Part shown: piece by piece, positions 1-9,048 of the stretch
Layout of the letters: each line of letters opens with the position of its first letter
How positions within the stretch are numbered: the stretch's first letter is position 1
Source: Candidatus Poribacteria bacterium
Lineage (GTDB): Bacteria > Poribacteria > WGA-4E > PCPOR2b
Length of the DNA: 64,000 bases
NCBI GenBank assembly: GCA_965208675.1
Contig: OZ242351.1
Location: 3,872,001 to 3,936,000, forward strand
Direction: 5' to 3'
Position numbers and translations under genes: made by a program
Notes under the pieces: model-generated
Seen by the model: the letters and a program-made list of their open reading frames with translations, nothing else
Databases searched by the model: none
Told to the model about the DNA's origin: nothing

Positions 1-975
1 GATAGCATTTAAAGCGGCGCCTTTGCGTAGATTGTCAGCGACAACCCACAGATTGAGTCCGTTTTCGATCGAGGTATCCTCACGAATTCGCCCGACGTAA
101 ACGGCGTCTTCTCCGGCAGCATCTACTGGAAGCGGATATTCTCGATTTAGCGGTTCATCAACAAGGGTCACGCCCGGCGCCCCGGCAAGAATTTCTCTCG
201 CTTCGTCCGCCTCGAGTTTACGGTCGGTCTCAATGTTAATAGACTCGGCATGCGCGAAAAATACTGGCACACGAACTGTTGTAGCCGATATCCCGATGGA
301 ATCGTCCGCGAGGATTTTCCGGGTTTCATTGGCTATCTTTATCTCTTCTTCACTGTCACCGCTGTCGGAAAATGGCCAATCGAACGCGACATTGAATGCC
401 ATCTGGTGCGGGAATAGTTCTTGTTTGATTGGACGCCCTTCCAGTGCGGACACTGTTTGGTCAATGAGTTCTACGATGGCAGCGCCGCTTTTGCCCGAAA
501 CGCTTTGATACGTGGAGACAACGATGCGGTTAATCCCAACCGCATCGTAAATTGGCTTAAGTGCGACAACCATCTGCATGGTTGAGCAATTTGGGTTGGC
601 GATAATCCCCTTATGTTTGATTGCCGCGTGCATGTTCACCTCAGAAACAATAAGCGGAGTATCAGGATCCATTCGAAACGCGCTCGTATTGTCAATAACG
701 AGGCAACCCTTTTCTACCGCAGTGGGAATAAATTCACGGCTGACCGATGCCCCTGCGGAGGCAAACACCAAGTCTATGCCGTCAAATGAATTATGCGTCA
801 ACTCTTCGGCCACAATCGGTTCATCTTTGAATGTCAGAATCTCGCCTGCCGATCGATGAGAAGACAGCGGTTTAAGAGAGGCAACGGGAAATGCCCGCTC
901 TTCCAGTATGCTCATTATGGTATTACCGACAGCGCCAGTCGCGCCGACAATAGCCACACGGTAACTTGTGCTCAT
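1..975 (-). CDS. asd: aspartate-semialdehyde dehydrogenase (3' end runs off window)
   Basis: Manual translation from ATG at 975: MSTSYRVAIVGATGAVG..., catalytic IANPNCST, and C-terminal LWVVADNLRKGAALNAI at the window edge. Confidence 0.95.
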   Translation of the reverse strand, partial: MSTSYRVAIVGATGAVGNTIMSILEERAFPVASLKPLSSHRSAGEILTFKDEPIVAEELTHNSFDGIDLVFASAGASVSREFIPTAVEKGCLVIDNTSAFRMDPDTPLIVSEVNMHAAIKHKGIIANPNCSTMQMVVALKPIYDAVGINRIVVSTYQSVSGKSGAAIVELIDQTVSALEGRPIKQELFPHQMAFNVAFDWPFSDSGDSEEEIKIANETRKILADDSIGISATTVRVPVFFAHAESINIETDRKLEADEAREILAGAPGVTLVDEPLNREYPLPVDAAGEDAVYVGRIREDTSIENGLNLWVVADNLRKGAALNAI

Positions 976-1345
976 ATCAAGATTATACCTCTAGAAAAAT
1001 GTTAACGGAAATTTTTAATCAATGGGAATATTCTACCACACATGGAGCGGAATTCGCAAGTTGAGCCAGATTTTTTCGAAATCACCCGTGTCTTTTCGGG
1101 CAGTAATACAACGCCAGCAGTGAAATCGAACAACAAAAGCTGAGAAATGGAGAGCATGTGGAAAGTTAAGATTGCGGGAATTCTCAATGATGGATAGGAT
1201 CCAGTCTCGCCGTCGTAATCAACGCTTACGCATAACCATACGAAATCATTCCGTATGCAAGCTAATTTCACCAACCTCGGGTTGTAATTTCTAGTCCGGC
1301 TTCCTAGACCGAAATCGTAGTGAGGCGGCATAAAGGAGTAACCAA

Positions 1346-2407
1346 ATGAAGCGCACGATTTTCGAAGATTTATATTGTTGGTCAATGTTCAGCGAGATGC
1401 GCCAGGTCGACTTTAATGGACACCTGTGGGTGCAGTCTGAAGGAAATATCCTCATAGATCCGGTGCCGATGATTGACTCAGACCACGAACAAATGAATAA
1501 ACTCGGCGGCGCGGCATGGATAATCATTACGAATCGAGATCACGAGCGGGAGGCAGCGGTATTCAAGAATCGCACAGGTGCGAAAATTGTCGTGCATGAA
1601 GCTGATGCCGATGCACTGTCCGTTAAAGCCGACCGGCTAATTGCCGATGGTGAGGAGGTTGTCCCTGGATTGCGGGCAATCCATTTGCCGTTCGGAAAAA
1701 GCCCCGGTGAAATCGCGCTTCACTTTCCGGAGAAACGGGCAATCCTAGCCGGAGACATCATCGTTGGTGATCCGGTTGGGCATCTGTCACTGTTGACCGA
1801 TGAGAAGTTGGAGAGTCCTTCCAAGGCGGCGCTGGCACTCCGGAAAATCTTAGCGTTATCGTTCGATGCGATGCTTGTCGGAGACGGCCACTCAGTGCTT
1901 CAAAATGCTCGCCAGCGCTTGGTAGAATGCCTCCAGCGCCGTACAGATATTTACATCAACCGAATTAACATTGACGAGATTGAATGGGTGAAGCGGAATG
2001 CGCCAACGCCTTACGATTTTGAGGAGAAGGACATCGATCCGCTAATTGGGGGGAAACATCTAGGGTATCGGTTAATCCGATTGCGGCCGAACAACGCGAG
2101 TTACCCAATGCACCTACATCATTTTGGAGAAGAGATGTTCCATGTGATTGAAGGCTCTTGTACCCTAAAAACGCCGCGTGGCGACCTGACCGTAACGGCG
2201 GGTGATTTCATCGCCTTCCCGCCCGGCGCATCAGGCGCCCATAAATTCATAAATGCGGGAGACGCGCCGTGTACGTTACTTGCGGCTGGCATGTCAATCG
2301 AACATGATATCAGCGAATATCCGGATTCCAACAAAGTTTTCCCTTATGTAACACAACGCATTTACCGAAAGGATGAGTGTGTGGACTACTGGGATGGCGA
2401 AGTGTAG
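1346..2407 (+). CDS. MBL-fold hydrolase-like domain fused to a C-terminal cupin domain
   Basis: LIDP...ITNRDHER...AGD...GDGH (degenerate MBL motifs), then PMHLHHFGEEMFHVIEG...AHKFIN cupin; AAGGAG RBS. Confidence 0.8.
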   Translation: MKRTIFEDLYCWSMFSEMRQVDFNGHLWVQSEGNILIDPVPMIDSDHEQMNKLGGAAWIIITNRDHEREAAVFKNRTGAKIVVHEADADALSVKADRLIADGEEVVPGLRAIHLPFGKSPGEIALHFPEKRAILAGDIIVGDPVGHLSLLTDEKLESPSKAALALRKILALSFDAMLVGDGHSVLQNARQRLVECLQRRTDIYINRINIDEIEWVKRNAPTPYDFEEKDIDPLIGGKHLGYRLIRLRPNNASYPMHLHHFGEEMFHVIEGSCTLKTPRGDLTVTAGDFIAFPPGASGAHKFINAGDAPCTLLAAGMSIEHDISEYPDSNKVFPYVTQRIYRKDECVDYWDGEV

Positions 2408-2469
2408 TTATCAAGGTTGCACTGCGGAAGGGTACGATGCCCCTTTCAAATCCTGCATTTAGCACCATA

Positions 2470-4206
2470 TTATTGGATTATATGCACACGGTTATTCCCG
2501 CGGGTCGTTTCGTCCGACATCACGATTGGTGTTTCAATAAGGGCAATGTATTGCCCATCCGCGCTGATGTCGATAGTGTCGTAAGGAAGTAGTCCTTCTA
2601 CACGGTAAGTGTAGAGGTATTTGGCTAGCCCTCCCCCAGTAGCATTGAGGTCAAAGAGGGAAACCCCATGGAGTTGTTCTTCGCCGTTTCGGCTCGCTTT
2701 GGAGATGCTGACGGCGGCGTAGCGGTTCCTGGCGTCAAGGCGTAAGCCTTGCGGCATGTTTTGCAATGCCCACCGCCACGCTTTCTCCCCCGTCCATTTG
2801 TAAGCGAACAACGTCAGCCCATTTGGGTGGGCGGCAGGCGGCTGCTGTGCGCCCTTCTGCAAGTGATACGGGATATAAGTGTCGCCTGTTACGAAGAGTG
2901 CGAACGAATTGGTTGCTGCAATTGTGCCCGAGGTCGCGGTGATTGGGATATCGCTGACTTCAAGCGGCGTCGTGAGTTCGGCTTGCCATAGCGGATCGAC
3001 TTTTTCATGCGCGGCATTCACCGCATCGAAGATAAACGCTCTCCCGTCTTCCGTCGTAACGTTAATAAATTTTCCGTCCGGCGAAACGCCGACGCCTCGC
3101 CAGAACTTCACTGCTTCAAAGTGTGGTTTGAGCGGTTCAAAGGCGTATTCCCACCGTTTTGCTCCCGATACACCATCAATTACGCATAACGTTCCCGGTT
3201 GAAATTGTGGGGACGCACCGCTGCTGATTGTATCGTACACAAGCGCGATGCTTTTTCCATCCCGGGAATAGTCAAACCATCTGATTATCATCGGCAGCGG
3301 TTGGCGGCTCGGCCATTTCCATTTCAGTTTGCCGGTTTCTCCATCGAATCGGTACAGTTGGGATTTTTTCAATGCGGCTCCGTCTTGAGTCCACGAATGT
3401 ACGCCGGCGGCGAGCAAATCCCCATTCCCTGTGGCGGCGATGCGGTAAGGGCCCGGATACTGTACCCATGCGTACACGTCGTTCGGACGGTATGGCGTGG
3501 AAGTATCAATGTCATCCGCCATGCGGTATTTCCACAGCAGGGCAGGTTTTTTGCCGGACAGTTCATAAGCAAAGACGAATCCGTCTGCGGACTGCTCGCC
3601 GATGAATAGCCGCCTACCATCAGGACTAAACGCCGCGTGCTTCGTGTAGCTTTCTGAAATTCGTGTTTTCCAAATCTTCTCGCCTGTGAGCGGATTGATG
3701 AGTGCCAAGTGACCAGCATCCGTGGCAATTGCTAATTTTTCGCCGTCCGGGGAAAAGGCAACGGTCGTCGCCTTCGCCGGCCTCTGCAAATTCTCAAATA
3801 GTGATAGCAAATCGTCCAGTTCAATCGTGCGAATAGGATATGCGCTCGGCTTGCGAGGCGCGGTCACACTCGCATCAAATCTGCAGCCATCCCCCCATAG
3901 TACATTTATGCGGTAAGTCTTATGCGGCTCCCACGCGAATTGTATCAGAAAGCGTTTGTCATCAAATGCCTCCACCCTTTGCATGAGCGAATGTCTGTTT
4001 TCAATACGCTCCGCTGCTGACGCTGCCCTCACTTCAATAAGAGACAACTCGTTAATTGAAACACTCTCTTCTAATTCAACAGCCATACCAAACCGTGTAA
4101 AAACAACGTTTCCCTCGATTGTTTTCGCGCTCTGTACTGCACCTATTGACGTGAATAGAAACATCAACGAGGCAAAACATATACGCCGCCGCAGTTGCAT
4201 GTTCAT
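2470..4206 (-). CDS. secreted WD40/PQQ-like beta-propeller protein, second gene of the B12-riboswitch operon
   Basis: Repeated FSPDG/VSPDG/ISADG blades, GxxxWK/WE PQQ-type repeats, signal peptide; GGAGGTG RBS supports a start at 4206. Confidence 0.8.
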   Translation of the reverse strand: MNMQLRRRICFASLMFLFTSIGAVQSAKTIEGNVVFTRFGMAVELEESVSINELSLIEVRAASAAERIENRHSLMQRVEAFDDKRFLIQFAWEPHKTYRINVLWGDGCRFDASVTAPRKPSAYPIRTIELDDLLSLFENLQRPAKATTVAFSPDGEKLAIATDAGHLALINPLTGEKIWKTRISESYTKHAAFSPDGRRLFIGEQSADGFVFAYELSGKKPALLWKYRMADDIDTSTPYRPNDVYAWVQYPGPYRIAATGNGDLLAAGVHSWTQDGAALKKSQLYRFDGETGKLKWKWPSRQPLPMIIRWFDYSRDGKSIALVYDTISSGASPQFQPGTLCVIDGVSGAKRWEYAFEPLKPHFEAVKFWRGVGVSPDGKFINVTTEDGRAFIFDAVNAAHEKVDPLWQAELTTPLEVSDIPITATSGTIAATNSFALFVTGDTYIPYHLQKGAQQPPAAHPNGLTLFAYKWTGEKAWRWALQNMPQGLRLDARNRYAAVSISKASRNGEEQLHGVSLFDLNATGGGLAKYLYTYRVEGLLPYDTIDISADGQYIALIETPIVMSDETTRGNNRVHIIQ

Positions 4207-4225
4207 TAAACACCTCCGTGGAAAA

Positions 4226-4559
4226 GTAGTAGGCATACTCCGTATGCCGTCATCCGTGTCCCGATGCCGTCACCGGATTTCAATGTTATATGTGGAATTT
4301 ACGGCACACGGAGTGTGCCTACGACCATGCATCACCCGAAAAGTAGCAGGCATACTCCGTATGCCGTCATTCGTGTCCCGCTGCGTGCATTGGGATTCAA
4401 CGCAATATGTGGAATTTACGGCACACCGCGTGCGCCTACGACTATGCATCACCCGAAAAGTAGCAGGCATACTCCGTATGCCGTTACCCATGTCCCGCTA
4501 CTGGCGTCGGGACCCAATGCAATATGTGGAATATACGGCACACGGAGTGTGCCTACTAC
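4226..4559. repeat. three tandem 117-bp units of a palindromic REP/BIME-like element
   Basis: Units start at 4226, 4343 and 4460; each is bounded by GTAG(T/C)AGGCATACTCCGTATGCCGT ... ACGGCACACGGAGTGTGCCTAC inverted arms. Confidence 0.9.
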
Positions 4560-4596
4560 TTTGCCTTGAGCGTTAAACTGCGTAAGTCCTAACTTG

Positions 4597-6585
4597 TTAA
4601 ACCACAACCCGCCGCAGCCCTCGGCTCAACCGCCTTCCCAAAAGCACGCCGATAAATGTATAAGCAAATCCGCTAACGACAATCATCGTGAGGATATACC
4701 AATCTGCGTAGAAAAGGCGATGAAGTGTCATGCTCAGTTGAAAATCGGTGTATACACCGAGAGCATCGCAGATGCCGAATACAAATGCCAATACCAGGAC
4801 ATTCTTGCCTCTCTGCGAAATTAAAAATCCGAATTCGAGCAACAGCACAATCGTACCCGTGTAGAGCAGCGTAATCGGGGTGAGTAACCCAAGCGTGACG
4901 CCGCCCAACAGCACGCGAACCGCCGATACTAAGGTAATCACTCCTGATTTGGGGATGAGCATCAACAGAGATGTGAGCAAGGTGTAATACAATATTTCGT
5001 TAATTAACCCGTTAATGAGGAATGAAATTGGTCCCAGTAAAGCGGCGGTCAGATTGGCGAGTAGCGTCACCGGTACGCTAACCGCGATGAAAATGGTTGT
5101 TCCAAACAGGGTAATCAAGATGAGCTGTCTCGTCGAGAATCGCTTGAAAAACCCCCGGTGAAAGCGCAGCAGGAAAAACAGTCCAAGTCCGGTTGCGCCA
5201 AGTGCAACGCCGGTAACCATTAGAGCGTGCAGATTAGGCGTTTCGATGAGCAGCGGCCGTTTAGCACGCAGAACAGTTTTGTCGCTGCCCCAGATTTTGA
5301 TTTCGATGTCGCGGTCGTAACGCCCTGTGTGGGCAAAATCTGCGCCTTTCGCACGGGCGGAATCGGGATTGAAGTAGATTGGGAGCGGCACAGCGGTTGT
5401 AACCCCGCCTGCCAAGCTGGCGAACGCAACACTGCGATTCGTGCCGGCGTTGACGGCGTCGGGCGGTGCAAGAAAGGCAACAGGTTCTCCGCCTTTCGCG
5501 TCGAGATTTATTGCGCCGACAATAACGTGTATGATGTCCTGACTGTGGTTGCGGAGAGACACAGTTTGGTACGCAATGGGTTGAAAATAGTCCACAGCAT
5601 GAGCCTTTGCCCCGAACCATCCGCCTGCCTTGCCCAACAGCGGACGATGGTAGTAGATTGCATCTGGACGACGGCGTGAATCGACAACCCCTGTTGCGTC
5701 AGTGGGCATCGTAATGGCTTCAATCGAGAGTTGTGCGGCAATCTCGTCCACGGTTGCTGAACGCAGCGGCAGCGCCGCAGACCGGTTCCATTGCGTGCCG
5801 GATTCATCCTCAAAGAAGACCTTCGCGGCAATCTGCGCTGAATCGGGCAATTTTTCATTCGGAATTTTTAGTTCGAATTGGCTGTGCCAAATCTCCGCTT
5901 CAACTGTAAAATTCCCTCTCGCAGCAAATGCAGTTGCCTCTTCTCGTTCCAACTCATGACCGAGGAGGTTGGATGAGTTTCCGACACGGGGTTCGCTATG
6001 CCAAATTGATTGGGTTTGCAACACCTGGATGACTGAAGGGATGTAAAGCACAACCTTAAACCTAACGGGCGCTTCCAATCCGTTCCGCACCAAAACCGTC
6101 GCTGTCATTTCACTGCCGCCTAAGACCAACGATTTGGCGCTCCGTTGTTTCGGATCTGCTAGGGCATTCCGGGGGGATGGCGAACTCGGCTTGACCGTCC
6201 CGTATGGAATCGCAATCTCAATCGATCCGCGCGGATTGTTTGCGGGCGCCTCGGCGCTTATGGCTGCCGATTCGCCCGTGTCGTAGGTAATCTCAAATCG
6301 ATACCTTTCCCCTGCGTCCCAACGAAAATACAGCGGCTCTGTGCTGCGCGGATACCCGCCGAGATTGAGTTGAGCAACGACTTCTCCTTCCGAACCAAAT
6401 GCTCGGATGTATTTGACCGACTCTTGACGATTGGCATCAAAGTGGATTATTGCGCCCATCGGAATAAAGGCGGCACTCCATGAAGGTGGAGGTTGTTCGT
6501 TCTGCTCGGAACAGCCGCAATACGTAGCACACAATGGAATAAAGAGTGCTAGAATATGTAACGTAAACCTGTTTCCGTGTTTCAT
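4597..6585 (-). CDS. putative lipoprotein with a large soluble region and a C-terminal multi-TM domain (ECF S-component-like), B12-regulated
   Basis: N-terminal hydrophobic stretch ending YCGC; about 6-7 hydrophobic helices after residue ~450; first gene after the cobalamin riboswitch. Confidence 0.65.
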   Translation of the reverse strand: MKHGNRFTLHILALFIPLCATYCGCSEQNEQPPPSWSAAFIPMGAIIHFDANRQESVKYIRAFGSEGEVVAQLNLGGYPRSTEPLYFRWDAGERYRFEITYDTGESAAISAEAPANNPRGSIEIAIPYGTVKPSSPSPRNALADPKQRSAKSLVLGGSEMTATVLVRNGLEAPVRFKVVLYIPSVIQVLQTQSIWHSEPRVGNSSNLLGHELEREEATAFAARGNFTVEAEIWHSQFELKIPNEKLPDSAQIAAKVFFEDESGTQWNRSAALPLRSATVDEIAAQLSIEAITMPTDATGVVDSRRRPDAIYYHRPLLGKAGGWFGAKAHAVDYFQPIAYQTVSLRNHSQDIIHVIVGAINLDAKGGEPVAFLAPPDAVNAGTNRSVAFASLAGGVTTAVPLPIYFNPDSARAKGADFAHTGRYDRDIEIKIWGSDKTVLRAKRPLLIETPNLHALMVTGVALGATGLGLFFLLRFHRGFFKRFSTRQLILITLFGTTIFIAVSVPVTLLANLTAALLGPISFLINGLINEILYYTLLTSLLMLIPKSGVITLVSAVRVLLGGVTLGLLTPITLLYTGTIVLLLEFGFLISQRGKNVLVLAFVFGICDALGVYTDFQLSMTLHRLFYADWYILTMIVVSGFAYTFIGVLLGRRLSRGLRRVVV

Positions 6586-6586
6586 C

Positions 6587-6828
6587 TTAAGAACCTATTT
6601 GAAAATTCATTTTATACAGCCCCAAAGGACGGCAGGTTTATAGTACCCCACTATCCTCCGTAGGCGGGGCATCTTGCCCCGCCCAATGCTGGAGTAAGGT
6701 ATTTGCTGGAATCAAGCGACCGAATTGCGAAGGCGATTGTAAATCCCGCGCTATAGAAATTCCACCGGTTATAGCAACTCAAAAGCCCAAGAATGGCTTT
6801 GTCACCTATTATTCAAACATGCTCTAAG
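6587..6828. mobile_element. possible MITE-like insert with an internal REP hairpin
   Basis: Imperfect terminal inverted repeats (AAGAACCTATTTGAAAATT / ATTATTCAAACATGCTCTA); internal GTAGGCGGGGCATCTTGCCCCGCC palindrome near 6660. Confidence 0.4.
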
Positions 6829-6840
6829 CATCGCCGTCTA

Positions 6841-6880
6841 AAAACAAAAAACCCCAGTCTTCATTTAGAAAACCGGGGTA
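6841..6880 (-). terminator. intrinsic terminator / riboswitch expression platform
   Basis: Minus strand ACCCCGGTTTTC-TAAAT-GAAGACTGGGGT followed by a T-rich tract. Confidence 0.75.
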
Positions 6881-6967
6881 CAGTTCGCTATTCCTAAACC
6901 CGCCGTTTCGGTAAAAGGAACGCGTTTTCTGGTTCACAGCCTTCCCGCGAAAACTCTGTGTGAAACG

Positions 6968-7144
6968 CGATTCAGGTAGGTCTCCTGACTGGCGACACTT
7001 CGTGTCCGCCTTCCCATCTCAACGTATCGGGACAGTGGCATTGTAGACACGATTATTCGTCGTTCACAGTGGCGGGGCCGTGGCGGCTTTTCACCGCGCT
7101 TCCCTATTCTCCACAATCGCAATTGATTGCTGGCGCCTGAATCG
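6968..7144 (-). ncRNA. cobalamin (AdoCbl) riboswitch
   Basis: Minus strand: CGATTCAGG...AATAGGGAAGCGCGGTGAAAAGCCGCCACGGCCCCGCCACTGTGA...GCCACTG...GGGAAGG...AGTCAGGAGACCTACCTGAATCG; B12 box and P1 pairing present. Confidence 0.95.
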
Positions 7145-7183
7145 AAAAAAAATTCAGTTTTAAGTTTTTTCTCCGCTGTTCAA

Positions 7184-7212
7184 ATAGTAACAGATTCACG
7201 CGGGCTATTCAA
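7184..7212 (-). promoter_or_regulatory. sigma70-type promoter upstream of the riboswitch
   Basis: TTGAAT-17 bp-TACTAT with extended -10 TG. Confidence 0.6.
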
Positions 7213-7346
7213 GCAGAAATGGAATTGGGTATCTGGAAACTGCGTTTTCGTAATGTTTAGTGTTTCCAATTTCCTGAACTTACCCACAGGTTTTGGGCGG
7301 GAACGCATGAAAATTAAGGGACTTATATACAATAGTATCAATCAAT

Positions 7347-7380
7347 AAAAAAGGACGGGTCACATATAAAAACCCGTCCT
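7347..7380 (-). terminator. intrinsic terminator at the island's left border
   Basis: AGGACGGGT...ACCCGTCCT stem followed by a T-tract on the minus strand. Confidence 0.7.
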
Positions 7381-7460
7381 CAGTTAATCATGCACTCAAT
7401 TATCAAAAAGAACCAAAATGGAATATCATCGTCGTTTCCTTGCGCCGCACTATTCACCAT
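7380..7460 (-). pseudogene. micro-ORF/remnant with an SSB-type acidic tail (DDDIPF)
   Basis: Translates MVNSAAQGNDDDIPFWFFLIIECMIN*. Confidence 0.4.
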
Positions 7461-7507
7461 CACCTTTTTCTAACTATATTAAAGCGGTCCAAAGGATGGG
7501 GGTAAGT

Positions 7508-7621
7508 TCAGCTTAGTTTCATGATACCTTCGCGTTTTATGCCTCCGACGTTTGCGGGTTCTCCGGGGTTAACTCCCTTCTCGCTACCACTCATTAGCTG
7601 AAGGATTTCTGTTCTGTCCAT
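7508..7621 (-). pseudogene. 5' stub of a third GH108 lysozyme copy
   Basis: MDRTEILQLMSGSEKGVNPGEPANVGGIKREGIMKLS* aligns with MDRTKIIQLIIGSEKGINRREPANVGGISCDGVTKQSW; the stop falls at the Trp position. Confidence 0.85.
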
Positions 7622-7669
7622 TAAAGTTCGACGTCATTCGGTGGCGTTCGTCTTTGGTTTCGCAGTTGT

Positions 7670-7710
7670 TTGTTCTGTGCTTGCACCAATTAGGTGCAAG
7701 CACAGAACAA
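7670..7710. repeat. perfect 18-bp inverted repeat with a 5-nt loop
   Basis: TTGTTCTGTGCTTGCACC-AATTA-GGTGCAAGCACAGAACAA. Confidence 0.9.
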
Positions 7711-7748
7711 TATTTAACTTTGGTAAAATTCCCTTGGCACTTTCGTCG

Positions 7749-8588
7749 CTACCGCCAGTCCATTGCTCTTGCGTTTACGCCGAGTTTAATCTGCTCCAAC
7801 GATGGTTCGACATCCGGCAACGCGGTGAATATTCCCCAATGCGAGCCTAGATGTTGCCAGACGGCAATACGCTTGCCATCTGGTGACCATACTGGATACT
7901 TAAAATGGGCGCCTTTACGTATCAACCGTTGAGTATGAAGATTGCGGCTAACAACGTAAACGGTCCAAGCATTTCCGAAATGACGCATGTAGAGGATACT
8001 CCCGCCATCCGGCGACCAATCAGGCGATTCTTCATCGCCGGGAGAATCCGTCCATTGTTTAAGCCCCGATCCGTCAACATTTATTGAGTAAATATTTTTG
8101 CCGGTGTCTTCGTCTGATTTCCCTCTCGAAAACGCAATCGAAAGTCCATCCGGCGACCAACAAGGTTGGTGTCCATTCGTAACAATTTCAGTGAGATTTG
8201 TGCCATCAATATCTATTAATTTGATACTTCCGTTTGAAAACGCGATACGCTTGCCATCAGGCGACCACGCCGGATCCAACCCGCCAACATCAGGACTCGT
8301 CAACAGCCTCGTTATACAGCCGCCTTCACGAGCAACATGAAGCGTAGAAATTCCAGTGTTCAGATACTCGTCTACGTACACAATGCGCTGCCGGTCAGGT
8401 GAGAGATTTGGATCGTGTCCAGAAATGACAAACGTGTCATTAGTCCCGTCTGGATGAATGATATAAATTTCGCCGTCATCTTCATATGCGATGATGCCGT
8501 TATCTTCTGATGTTGACAGTTCGTCATCATCGCTGCAACCGAGACATACTAAACAGCCAATGAGCATTACGAATGTTCGTCTGTACAT
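7749..8588 (-). CDS. TolB-like/PD40 beta-propeller lipoprotein
   Basis: Lipobox CLGC; repeated PxWSPDG blades; AGAAGGGAG RBS. Confidence 0.85.
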   Translation of the reverse strand: MYRRTFVMLIGCLVCLGCSDDDELSTSEDNGIIAYEDDGEIYIIHPDGTNDTFVISGHDPNLSPDRQRIVYVDEYLNTGISTLHVAREGGCITRLLTSPDVGGLDPAWSPDGKRIAFSNGSIKLIDIDGTNLTEIVTNGHQPCWSPDGLSIAFSRGKSDEDTGKNIYSINVDGSGLKQWTDSPGDEESPDWSPDGGSILYMRHFGNAWTVYVVSRNLHTQRLIRKGAHFKYPVWSPDGKRIAVWQHLGSHWGIFTALPDVEPSLEQIKLGVNARAMDWR

Positions 8589-8937
8589 ATCGAACTTTCT
8601 CCCTTCTGGTTTGACGTTAGTTTTGACCCATCAACAAAGGCAAATACGTTTGCATCGCTGGTTACTCGTACATTGCACAAGAATGGGGTCATCATTTACC
8701 AACCCAACTTTTTTGTAATTGCGCGAGTTTCAAATCGCTGTTAATGTAGTTACGCAATTCTGATGCCAAAGGAATTCACAACAGAAAAACAGAAAACGCT
8801 ATTTACACACAGATTCAGTACCGATTTTGTAGCGTAGGATGAGTTTAACTGTCCAAAATCTGAACAATAGCCTCCAATAATTGAACTCCAAATCTCGCAG
8901 AGGAGCTAACAATGGAACAATTCGGTGTTTACGCTCC

Positions 8938-9048
8938 GTGGTGATGTGTACCGTACTAAGCTCTTTTCAGGAGGCACCGGAATTCATCAATTGTGTTTGC
9001 GTAAATGTCTCCATCAACATATCGTTCTTGGTGATTCATTCCATCGTG
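8938..9048 (-). pseudogene. IS1595-family transposase remnant
   Basis: HDGMNHQERYVDGDIYANTIDEFRCLLKRA*YGTHHH matches the IS1595 NTIEGFWxxLKRxxxGxxH motif. Confidence 0.75.

Noticed and set aside
4226-4559. CRISPR-like repeat/spacer array
   Set aside because: The 'spacers' are homologous to each other, the units are 117-bp REP pairs, and no cas genes are nearby
3956-4576. Repeat-containing ORFs (206 aa, 101 aa, 73 aa)
   Set aside because: Artefacts of the 39-codon REP period and of antisense overlap with a real gene
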